From assembly GCA_951406725.2 (NCBI GenBank), contig OX597822.1, forward strand, positions 88,722,001-88,786,000: a stretch of 64,000 nt of DNA, written 5' to 3'. The translations under genes and the position numbers were made by a program. The notes under the pieces are model-generated. The model was given only the letters and a program-made list of their open reading frames with translations, made no database searches and was not told where the DNA came from. Source of the DNA: Octopus vulgaris (lineage: Eukaryota). This document shows, piece after piece, positions 53,601 to 64,000 of this stretch (its first letter is position 1; every line of letters begins with the position of its first letter).

Positions 53601-56600
53601 GGCTGATTTAAACACTAAAGGGTTAAAAAGTGCCAAAACTATAAAATCAGCTTTTTTGGCCTTTTTGAGGGCTTTAGAACCCAAAAACTATGGGTTTTTT
53701 TGTTTTTTATTGTAGAGTTAAATAATGCTGATTTTATAGTTTTAGATTTTAAAGGGCCTAAAAAAGCTGAAAGAACGACGTGTACAATATGCTAAGACAA
53801 TCTGGAAACAATAGAAACTTTTAAATGTTGACTGGTTTTTATGAAATTTTTGGGTTAATGGATTTCAGTTAACTGAAGCTAAATTTAACGGAAGTTAATT
53901 AGTCCGATAATGATTTTCAAAGTTAACTTAAAAGTTAAATCGTTAATGAAAATGTCAACTTCGTTAATTAATGATTAACGGATTAACAGCCTTACATCCA
54001 GCTCTGAATATAACTATATACTACAAAACTGTCACAGTAGATTAAATCAATTAAATTTCATTGAAATGATTCAAATAAGATCAAAATTTTCATAAAATAA
54101 GACAACGTAGGTGGAAGTGAATCTCATCTTTTGAGTCAACTGGCAAATGTAATGCGTCTACTTTATTTGGCCTCTTTTTTACACCCACACATACACAAAC
54201 ATATTCATTTTACAAGGAAGAGGTTGACAATGACTTTGAAGTTTCAGCTTTGAAGGGTTAGTCAAACAAATGAACCCCAGAACTCATTTTTTAAGCCTGG
54301 TACTTTTGATGAACTGCCAATTTATGACAACAGAAAAAAAACCAACACTGCATGGGGTGGATGCAGATGTCTTTAAAATAAAACTGGATCTCTTGTCAGG
54401 TGTCCCAGATGAACCAACTTCACGGCACGAGGGGCAGATGAGGGCAGCTGCATTGAACTCTCTCATGCACCAAATGGCAATTGCTAAAAAGCATTCGTGA
54501 AGTAAAATCGTGTAGCAACACCAAATGGCGGTGCCCCAGCATGGCCACAGCTTGTGAGCTGAAACTAGATAAAAATAAAAAATAAACTGGTTATTTAGCT
54601 AAGGTGGAGGATAGCAAATACAAACACTAACACACACACACACACATGATGGGCTTCCACTGCCAAATTCACTCACCAGATACTTGCACAGGGTGTTATG
54701 TAGTGGGACTGAACCCAAATCCATATGGTTGCAAAGTAAGCTTCTTGACCATACAGACAAGCCTGCACCTAACCAATCGTTTTTGTTCTTGTGTTTACTA
54801 AGTCAGAAATTGTAAGTAAATTCATTCATATATTTAGTAAATATGGCAGATGTATCATAAAATGGGCAACATTTAATTGCTATTGATTTTTCTTTTGCAA
54901 ATTTTAAAATATTGAACACCTTGTTGATTATATCTCAAAATAAAAAGTAAAACAACTATTTACTGACTATGTAAGAAGGCTTCCACAAAGGCCCTGTTAT
55001 TGTTGCAAAGCAAAAGAATGAAATTTTTTATCATCTGTTGTCCAATTTACAAAATGCTTTATGATAATAAGCAATTTTTTTTATCATAATTGTCATCATC
55101 ATCATCACCATCACCACCACTGCTGCCACCATCAGCATCAAATAGAATCAATTATATTAATTTTTTTCATTATTTTATAATCATTTGTGAATTGTCATAC
55201 TCTGTTGTTCTCTTGTGTTGCCACTGTTATTATTATCCCAATAAGGTTCCACTATATTATTGATTCCTGATCTCAGTTACTCATTTATATAATTATGATG
55301 AATTATGCAAATGAGTGATATTACGCAAACTGAATTTAAATAGCTGAATAATATTTAATAATAATATTTAAAAAAATAACAATAATTTTTCAAATAAAAT
55401 TATTGTTATTCTTTTACTTGTTTCAGTTATTGGGCTATGGCCATATTGTTACTGGATTGCAGGCTACTACCTCGAAGAGTTTAGTCAATCATATCAATTT
55501 TAGTGCTTATTTTTAAGTCTTGTACTTATTGTATCAGTTTCATTTTGCTGAACCTCTAAGTCACAGAGCCATAAACATACTAATGCCAATGAGAGCAGTG
55601 AGAGACAAAGATGCACACACACACACATATATGTATATATGTATGGATGAACGTATATACATATAACAGGCTTCCTTACAGTTTTTGTCTATCAGATACT
55701 CTCACAATCTGGGGATATAACAGAAGACTGTTGCTCGGTGTGCCACTTTATGATACTAAACCCAAAAGCATTTGGTTGCAAAATGAACTTCTTAACTACT
55801 CAACTATGCCTACTCTAAATTATATTTAGGAGATAAAAGACAGAAAATAAAATATGAAATGAAATTTAATGAGAGTCGTACCTGGCTGATTCAATGAGGT
55901 ATTGGTGCTGTGCTGTATTCTCAGTCAAAATAATAGCTTTCACTTGTTCAGTCCACTTTGGTATGATGGCTAGTCATATATTCTTCTTAGGTTGTTCACA
56001 ATGTGAGGTAGGCTCTACATGTAGACATTGACCACACTAAAGTTTGCTAATAGTTTATTAACCAGTACCATTATATTAATAATTACACATCTAATAAATA
56101 AATGGAACAATTTGTCAAGTATGACATAAACATGTTACTTAAAAGTAAAAGAGTGGGAGAGAACAACTCACTGAGACAAACAATATAGATTCTCCTAGAT
56201 GACTAGTTTGTTTCAATTTGCCAACCATTCTATAGCTTTTAACCATCCTAGAATGTTCCACCCAACTGTTTGGCAGGTCACTTGCATACTTCCATTAAAG
56301 TTTGTTGCCTTTATGAGGGGGTACTGAAAAGTTCCTGGCTTTGGGTAAAAGAAAATACAGGGGGATCAGTTAATTAAGATTTTGTCAAACATATTCTCCT
56401 CTCAGGTTCACAGATACTTATTGCAGCAGTCCTTTGGGTTTTCTAAGCCCTGTAAAAGATTTAGCCTAATTCAAGTAGAGAAAGACAACAGTAACAGCTA
56501 GAAAGCAGAGTACACAGAATAAAATACTAAAACAGAGAAAAATGAACATAAGAGAATAAGGGTGCATAGGCATATCGGAAGTAATGTCGGTGAATTTCAG

Positions 56601-59600
56601 GAAGCATGGAATTTGTAAAGGATGCAGTTTTCTCACAGTTAACAACAAACACAGGAAGTTTATTCCATGCTTCAGCATTTCCAAGCATGAAAAAATGCTT
56701 CCAACACTTATGGGCACTGTGCTGTTTTTTAATTTTATAAGCATGTTGAGTGTTTGAGATATTGAATTGAAAACATGATAAAATTGTTGTTAGAAAGATG
56801 GTGGGTAATCTTGGTTTATGTATGAGTATTCAGTTTGTGCTATTATTAAAAAACAACTTGGCATAATTACAATTTTGGCAAAATATGAAGTATTTATTCA
56901 TTTATTTCTAATTTACTTCAGATACAGAAATTGACTGGCGTGCATATATGCAAGAAGTTGAAGGTGTTGTAAATGGCACATACGACTATACAAAATTAAA
57001 AGGGGACACTGGACCTCTGGTGTAAGTTCTTTACTAAATGTTACTTTTATCTATTTTGTTGTTGCTTAGTCCCAGGTCAAAACTGTGTTCATTTCATCTT
57101 ATTTTGTTGAGTCAAAAGTTTAGCAATATTTTGGTAGCTTATTTGCTTTATTCATTATTTTACAACAAAAAGCATTCCATGTAGAGGTCATCATGTTGCA
57201 CCACTTTCTGCCAGTTCTTTGATCCCATAGTGATACTAGTTATTGTCTTTTGTGGCAAAGAACTCCTTCACTAAAGTTTCCACTTCTTCTTAGTTGATGA
57301 AGCATTACGAATACAGTGAGCTATGGATCGGAATGATTAATAATCTGAGTGAGCTGGGTGTGGTATCATTTCCATTCCCTCAAATTCCTGGAGTTTATTC
57401 TGGGTCGTCCAAGAGGTAAGAGAGGTTGTGTTTTGCTGCAGAAGAACTTGCTCTCTGTTAACCAATGCCAGATATTTTTGCCACACGGTGACATACATCT
57501 GTTCCAGTTGTTTGGATCACAGGTTGACATTGATAGTTTGACCATCCAGAATGAACTCATAGTGAATTATCCCCTCATAATTCCACCAGATGCAAAGCAT
57601 CACTTTGTATTCAAAACACCCATGTTTGGCAACAGATTCTGGAAGCTGGTCCTTGCTTAACCACTGCTTATGCACATTAGGATTGTGGAAAAATATTTCC
57701 CTTGGATTATTACTTGTTCTGATCCATAGCTCACTGCTTGCACTCACAATACTTCATCAACCAAGAGGAGGTGGAGGTTTCAGTGAAAGAGTTCTTTGCC
57801 ACAAAGGACAAGAACTAGTATCAACATGGGATAAAAGAACTGGCAGATAGATGGCTTTAGACAGTGCAGCTTGATGGCCTCTACATTGAATGCTAGGTTA
57901 CTTTCATTTCAACACAATATATTTTAAGACATTTGAACCATTAAAGTGTAAGCTAGCAATAAAAAGTTCATTCAGCTTTAAATTTAACCCTTGCAATTCT
58001 AAACTGTCTATGAAAAAGCAACTTAAAATTTTGGGTGTTACCATAGACACAAACTGGTATGGACAGAATGTATCTTTGCCATCTGAGGTTTGGATTGCTA
58101 TGCAAAGTTGCAAACAATCTAGATACCAAAAAGCAAAGCATTTGCCTAAAAAGCACAAGTCAGAAGCACCATGAAATATGACTGGATCTTCCTGAATGAA
58201 GGCCTCAGATAGTATACTTAGCCAATTTAATTTAATCCCAAAGAAAACTCTTAGGATTTTGTTAGAGTTGATGGAGTTGAGATCATCAAAAAGTTTTTAT
58301 CAACGGCCAAAATGACAGAAAAAGTTCATGCAGCAACAGTACTCTACATAATAGCTAAGAATGTTGCCAGTAAACCTAGTATGAGTCATTGTCACCTTCG
58401 CTTTCTCTAAGTTAGTCCATCCTTTAACTTTTTTAGTATTCTGTGTATAATTATCTTTCATTTCTTATTTTGTATTTTGTATTGCTTTTAACATAGAAAT
58501 GTTTATCTGTGTTTCAGATATCCCGCTGGATTTGTTTATATATTCTTAGGGTTATATCACCTCACAGAGAAAGGGACTAACATCCGCCTGGCACAGTATA
58601 TATTTGCTGCTATTTATCTAGTTACACTACTTGTTGTCTTTGATATCTACAGGCAATCAAAACGAGTGAGTAAAGATTTTATATAAATGTTTTTGTATGT
58701 GTGTAGCTTTTCTACCCAACTTATTGGAGTTTTTTACAGTAAAATTATTCAGAGATAGAATTTATAAGACTAGCATAAATTAGCAACCATTTATATGAGA
58801 GAAGAACAATTGAACTGCCCTAGAATATGACTGGTATTTATTATATTGATTTTTGAACTCATGGAAGAAATACTGTTAAGCATTTTGCCTGGCATGTTAA
58901 CGATTCTATCAGATCATTGCCTTAACTATTTTCTAAATATTGACAACAAAAATACATTTATTCTTTTGCTTGTTTCAGTCATTTGACTGCAGCCGTGCTG
59001 GAGCACCACCTTAAAGAGTTTTAGTTGAAGAAATCAGTCCCAGGACTTATTCTTTGTGAATCTAGTACTTATTTTGTTAGTCTCTTTTGCCAAAACACTA
59101 GATTATGAGGACATAAACACACCAACACCGGTTGTCAAGAGGTGATGTGGGACAAACACAGACATAAGGTTACACACACATAGATATAGATATATATTTA
59201 TATATATACTTACATACACACACACACGTTATATATATATACAGACACACAATAGGCTTCTTTCAGTTTCCATCTACTAAATCCACTCACAAGGCTTTGG
59301 TCAGCATGGGGCTATGGAAGAAGACGCTTGCTCAAGGTGCCATGCAGTGTGACTGAACCCAGAACCATATAGTTGGTAAGCAAGCTTCTTACCACACAGC
59401 CACACTTGTGTATCAATGTACCAATGTTTGTATTTTGTTTACAAATAAACATTTTGTATGAGGACAGAAGGTAATTCTGCCATCATTAATCTTTCTGACT
59501 TACTCTTTTTAACTCTTTTGCTACCAACTCACATGAGACTGCCCCTAGTTCTATCATATAAACTTGTTTTTCATGTTGATTTGTTCTTAATACCAGCTTA

Positions 59601-62600
59601 ATAACAACAAAATTATTTTACTAGATTCTTCATTATTTTCAAAAGTAATTTAAGTAAAATTAGTATGTTTCAACAGAAATCATCATCATCATCATCATCG
59701 TTTAACGTCCGTTTTCTTTAGCCGGGCGCTAGCACGGGTTGGACGGTTCGACCGGGGTCTGAGTAGATTTATTATCAGATATTTTAGGTTGTTGTTATCC
59801 TTACCAAGATACTATGTGTCTAAACTACATTGTCCAATAAGTGTGATGTGAGAAAAATTTTGCTGTTATTTCTAGTAGGTCAAATGACCATGTAGAAGAT
59901 CCCCTCATTATTCTAATATTGTTTGTGATGGTAAAATTATGAATCTTATATTCTTTATTTCTTTTTCTCTCATTTTTTTACTACAGATTGCTCCTTACTT
60001 TTTCCTCTTCATGTGCTGTGCATCCTATCGAATCCACTCCATCTATGTGCTTCGTCTCTTCAATGACCCAATTGCCATGTTGCTTTTCTTTATCTCTGTT
60101 TCACTTTTCATCAGAGACTACTGGGGTCTTGGATGTTTATTCTACAGGTTTGTATTACTATATTATCTTACTATTGGTTCTCATCAAATTTTGGTTTTGC
60201 TTGGGAAAACTAATTATAAAGTAAAAATAAGATGCTAAAACTATTTTTCTTATTCAAGGAAATTCTTTTCGTCAACTTCTTGATGTTTTACATCATCATC
60301 ATCATCGTTTAATGTCTGCTTTCCATGCTGGCATGGGTTGGACGGTTTGACTGAGGACTGGTGAGCCAGAGGCTACACCAGGCTCAATCTGATCTGGCAA
60401 AGTTTCTACTGCTGGATGCCCTTCCTAACGCCAACCACTCCAAGAATGTAGTGAGTGCTTTTTACGAGAGCCAGTCAGGCGGTTCTTGCAAGGACCATGC
60501 TCAAAAGGTGTTTTTATGTGCTACCTGCAAGGGAGACAGTCCGGCGGCACTGGCAACAACCATGCTCAAATGTTGTTTTTAACATGTCATCAGCACATGT
60601 GCCAGTAAGGTGACTTTGGCAACAATCACGCTCAAATGGTGCTTTTCACATGTCACCTACATTGGAGCCAATCCGTGGCCCTGGCAACGATCATGCTCAG
60701 ATATGCTTCTTTAAACATTCTACTGGCATGAGTGCCAATCAGGTGGTAATGTCATCAGCCGCATCAGTGATTTTGATTTGTTTACACTTGCCTCATTAGG
60801 TCTTCGCAAGCAAAGTTCATTGTCCAATGAATGAGGAGTACTCATAAGTGGCCCCACATTCAGGTGTGCTTTTAATGTTCCACTGGCACAAGTGCCAATC
60901 AGGCGGTACTGTCGTCGGCCACGTCAGCAATTTTGATTTTGATTTCACTTGCCTCAATAGGTCTTCACAAGCAAGGTTTATTGTCCAATGAATGAGGGGT
61001 ATTCATAAATAGGCTGGTTACAACCACTGGCATAGGCCATGGGCTATGGTCTCACTTGGCTTGTCGGGTCTTCTCAAGCACAGAAAAATCTCCAAAGGTC
61101 TCGGTTACTATTCATTGCCTCAGTAAGGCCCAATGTTTGAAGATCATGCTTCACCGCCTCATCCCAAGTTTTCCTGGGTCTACCTCTTCCACAGGTTCCA
61201 TCAACTGCTAGGGTGTGACCCTTTTTCACACAGCTGTCCTCATTCATTCGCAACACATGATCATACCAACGCAGTCGTCTCTCTTGCACACCACATCTGA
61301 TGCTTCTTAGGTCCAACTTTTCTCTCAGGGTGCTTACACTCTGTTGTGTATGCACACTGACATTGCACATCCAGCAGAACATACTGGCTTCATTCCTTGC
61401 AAGCTTACGCATGTCCTTAACAGTCACGGCCCATGTTTCATTGCCGTGTAGCATGACTGTTCACACGCATACGTCATACAGTCTACCTTTTACTCTGAGC
61501 AAGTGGCTCTTTGTCACCAGCTGAAGTAGGAGCTCTCTGAACTTTGCCGAGGCTATTCTTATTCTAGCAGCTACACTTTCATAGCATCCACCCCCTACTG
61601 AAGCAGTAGTAGTAGCAGCTGTGACAACAGCAGTGTTAGTGGTGCAGTGTATACAATGCAAAAGTTGAGCTCATCAGTTGTGTTTGGGTAAGAATTAATG
61701 TGTTTCAGAGAGAAAAGAAAATGAAACTGTCTGCGGTTTCATGTCATAAAACTATTTGCCCTCCTTTGTTGAGGTTTGGCTGAAATACTGTGGAAAACAT
61801 TCAATAAAATCCAAGTTTAAGATATTGTGAAAGCCTTCTATAAAGCCCAACATGGAAATATTGGGTTGATATGTCCATTATTGAAACATTCTGAAACGAA
61901 CACTAAAATTGTACTTTCTAAGTGGTTTGTAGAGAATACAGTTTTATTTTATTTCATTAAAAGAAAGAAATAAAAGGAAAGGAAGCAAAGTCGGGGAAAC
62001 ATTTCATTTATGCCTCTCTAATTATTATCATTTCATAACAATTATCAATATCCTATTAATTATATTTAATATTTTATTGTAGTTTTGGTGTTTCAGTCAA
62101 AATGAACATACTTCTCTTTTCACCGGCTCTCCTCCTCCTATTATTGGTGAGGCACGGCATTTTAAAAACTATCTACCACTTAATAATATGTGCTCTTCCT
62201 CAGGTTTGTGATATTATTTACATTTTCATCTCTTCACATTTTTGACAATGTTTTACCCATTTTGTGTTACTACCTACATGCACTAGCTATACAAAAGCCC
62301 TATTTTAGTGTTGTGAAAGAATGGCAACTGGAAATCTAAACCAGGTAGCAGACTTGACGCATCAGGTGCTCATCTCTTCTTTTTAGATTTATCATTGCTC
62401 TAACTCTAATGTACATTAAGTCCATGATTAAGACAGTTAACTCCTAAATAGTTGCTTCACAGAGTTAGAAATGTGTATAATAGAGCAATACAGCTTGCCA
62501 CTAAAAGCAGAAAAGCCCCAAATCCTCCTAAAAGCATAATTAGCTCTGTCAGACTAACTTGTATTGGGGGTGAAGTCTTAAAGTGATATTCCATTAATTA

Positions 62601-63629
62601 AATGCCGTACCTAATTACAGACAAAGGCCTAATAAAAGTGACATAAAAAATGTTTAATTTATTTCAACAAATAGTTCAGAGATTAGATATTGTACTCTAT
62701 AGAATGGGTGAAATGTAACAAGTTTATATAGACTGCATGGTCTCTCTATTAACATTATAGTATATATGACATTATATTATATATAAACATTACATAATAT
62801 ATATTAGCATTATATTATATATGTTATCATTATATTATAAATGAGGAGGAAGGGGAGACCCCTTTCAGTCATGAATGACCATGGGATTGCACCTTGAAAG
62901 TTACCCTCCGAGGCACAAGTCTGAGCAAGATTGTTTGTGGAAGGCTAGCAGTCGCCCATGCATACCAGCCTCCTCTCTCCACACCACTGATGTTATCCAA
63001 GGGAACAGCAAAGGCCGATACAGCTTGGCACCAGTGATGTAAGTCATTTCTACAGCTAAGTTAACTGGAGTAACGTGAAATAAAGTGTCTTGCTCAAGAA
63101 CAGAACACACAGCCTGGTCCAGGAATCAATTTCACGATCATAAGCTCGACGCTCTAACCACTGAGCCATGCACCTTCACTTTATATTATAAATATCAACA
63201 TTATATTATATCTTATAGAATACACTACTATTATTTCTTTTAGATTTCAAATGTTTGGCTCAGGTTTAGCAGCATTTTGTTAAAGATGAAATAGGGACAA
63301 ATTTATTTTCCTCCTATTTTTCATTCTTAAATCACTTGCACTTTTATCTTTCTATTTCTTTATTAAAAAAAAAACCTTTTAACCTCTTGAATTGGTTGAA
63401 TTTTTGGTTTCTGTTTTTTACAGATCGTACTTGCGCTACCATTCCTCATAGAAAATCCTGTTGGGTACATTGTGCGTTCTTTTGACCTTGGTCGACAATT
63501 TCTTTTCCAATGGACTGTCAACTGGCGGTTTCTACCAGAGGATATCTTTCTGAATCGTTATTTCCATATAAGTCTTCTTGTCTTGCACATTTGTGTCCTA
63601 CTTCTTTTTATACAATGTCGTTGGAAATG
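50492..63629 (+). CDS. ALG3: Dol-P-Man:Man5GlcNAc2-PP-Dol alpha-1,3-mannosyltransferase, 5' part: join 50492-50651, 56922-57021, 58518-58665, 59987-60147, 62083-62203, 63424-63629; continues beyond the window
   Basis: Diagnostic motifs [47 protein letters not shown] and FDLGRQF...WTVNWRF; all introns GT..AG and in phase. Confidence 0.97.
51801..54006. mobile_element. Old non-autonomous hAT-like element with nested inserts in ALG3 intron
   Basis: Ends CCGAGGTGGG / TCCAGCTCTG; flanks GATATAAC / AATATAAC; subterminal GTTAA/TTAAC/AACGGA motif arrays at both ends. Confidence 0.6.
54345..54585 (+). mobile_element. CR1-type LINE 3' end
   Basis: [24 protein letters not shown], followed by a 3'UTR ending in (TAAAAA)n. 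Confidence 0.72.
56922..57021 (+). CDS. ALG3: ALG3 exon (100 nt)
   Basis: (Y)[32 protein letters not shown](V); flanked by AG and GT. Confidence 0.97.
57170..57895 (-). mobile_element. Mariner transposase remnant flanked by inverted copies of its 3' region
   Basis: [26 protein letters not shown]; ~57170-57297 is an imperfect reverse complement of ~57757-57895. Confidence 0.8.
58518..58665 (+). CDS. ALG3: ALG3 exon (148 nt)
   Basis: [29 protein letters not shown]...; flanked by AG and GT. Confidence 0.97.
58960..59405 (-). mobile_element. tRNA-derived SINE
   Basis: Homologous to 2812-3198. Confidence 0.85.
59987..60147 (+). CDS. ALG3: ALG3 exon (161 nt)
   Basis: [31 protein letters not shown]...; flanked by AG and GT. 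Confidence 0.97.
60291..61598 (-). mobile_element. 5'-truncated RTE LINE (ORF2 C-terminus, repeat-containing 3'UTR, (GAT)n tail)
   Basis: LHGNETWAV...[12 protein letters not shown]...GRGRPRKTW in ORF 61074-61454; (CAT)n at the left end. Confidence 0.93.
62083..62203 (+). CDS. ALG3: ALG3 exon (121 nt)
   Basis: [20 protein letters not shown]...CALPQ; flanked by AG and GT. Confidence 0.96.
62843..63180 (-). mobile_element. Second tRNA-derived SINE family, full length with 13 bp TSD
   Basis: Head TGGCTCAGTGGTTAGAGCG on the minus strand; TTATATTATAAAT at 62830-62842 and 63181-63193. Confidence 0.85.
63424..63629 (+). CDS. ALG3: ALG3 exon (206 nt)
   Basis: [42 protein letters not shown]...; flanked by AG and GT. 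Confidence 0.96.
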
Positions 63630-64000
63630 GTAATTAATCCTTTTAATTGTTTATATCTAATTAAGAAAGTCTACCTAGAATACTTTAGAATTTACAAGTC
63701 TATTTGTTTTGGTATCATAACTAAGTAATATAAAATTCTGTCAGTTTTTTTTTTTTTTAAATTTGCTCGATTTCATTGAAATGGGATAGTTAATTCTGAG
63801 ACACTCTATAGTGTCAGAAAGACATGTTAGAGTTAAAGGGTCAGAAAAACCAATGTAGAAATTATATGAAAAAAAGATGTATGCAGGTGAGGTAGTATTC
63901 ACTAATTATTTAAAGGATCTTGTTCTTGGATGCTGAAGACTAAAGTGAACACACTATTCCAAATAAAGGAGTATTTCTATGCCAGCATGGAAAGCGGACG

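Overview
AT-rich, repeat-dense animal DNA, most likely an octopus (inferred from the SINE/RTE repeat types and microsatellite load). Two spliced genes sit head-to-head about 680 bp apart. The first is a complete 8-exon CREB3-family membrane-tethered bZIP factor on the minus strand (8684-49812, 638 aa by my exon joining). The second is the first six coding exons of the ER mannosyltransferase ALG3 on the plus strand (50492-63629, running off the window). Their shared promoter carries a perfect GATGACGTGGC UPRE/CREB3-type site. Introns and flanks hold SINEs, RTE/CR1/Penelope/Gypsy/Helitron/mariner fragments and MITEs. Two unexpected structures stand out. (1) About a dozen type I hammerhead-ribozyme motifs lie in short Penelope-like elements. 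Several are intact, some carry core variants (G3-C8 swap, U4C, A6U), and five are arranged as tail-plus-foldback hairpins whose inversion points fall at or near the ribozyme. (2) A 2.9 kb near-perfect foldback transposon with ~1.3 kb arms and an exact 8 bp target-site duplication lies in CREB3 intron 1, with the same RTE 3' fragment and an NRF1-type site in both arms. All coordinates were read by eye; repeat boundaries are approximate unless a TSD is given.
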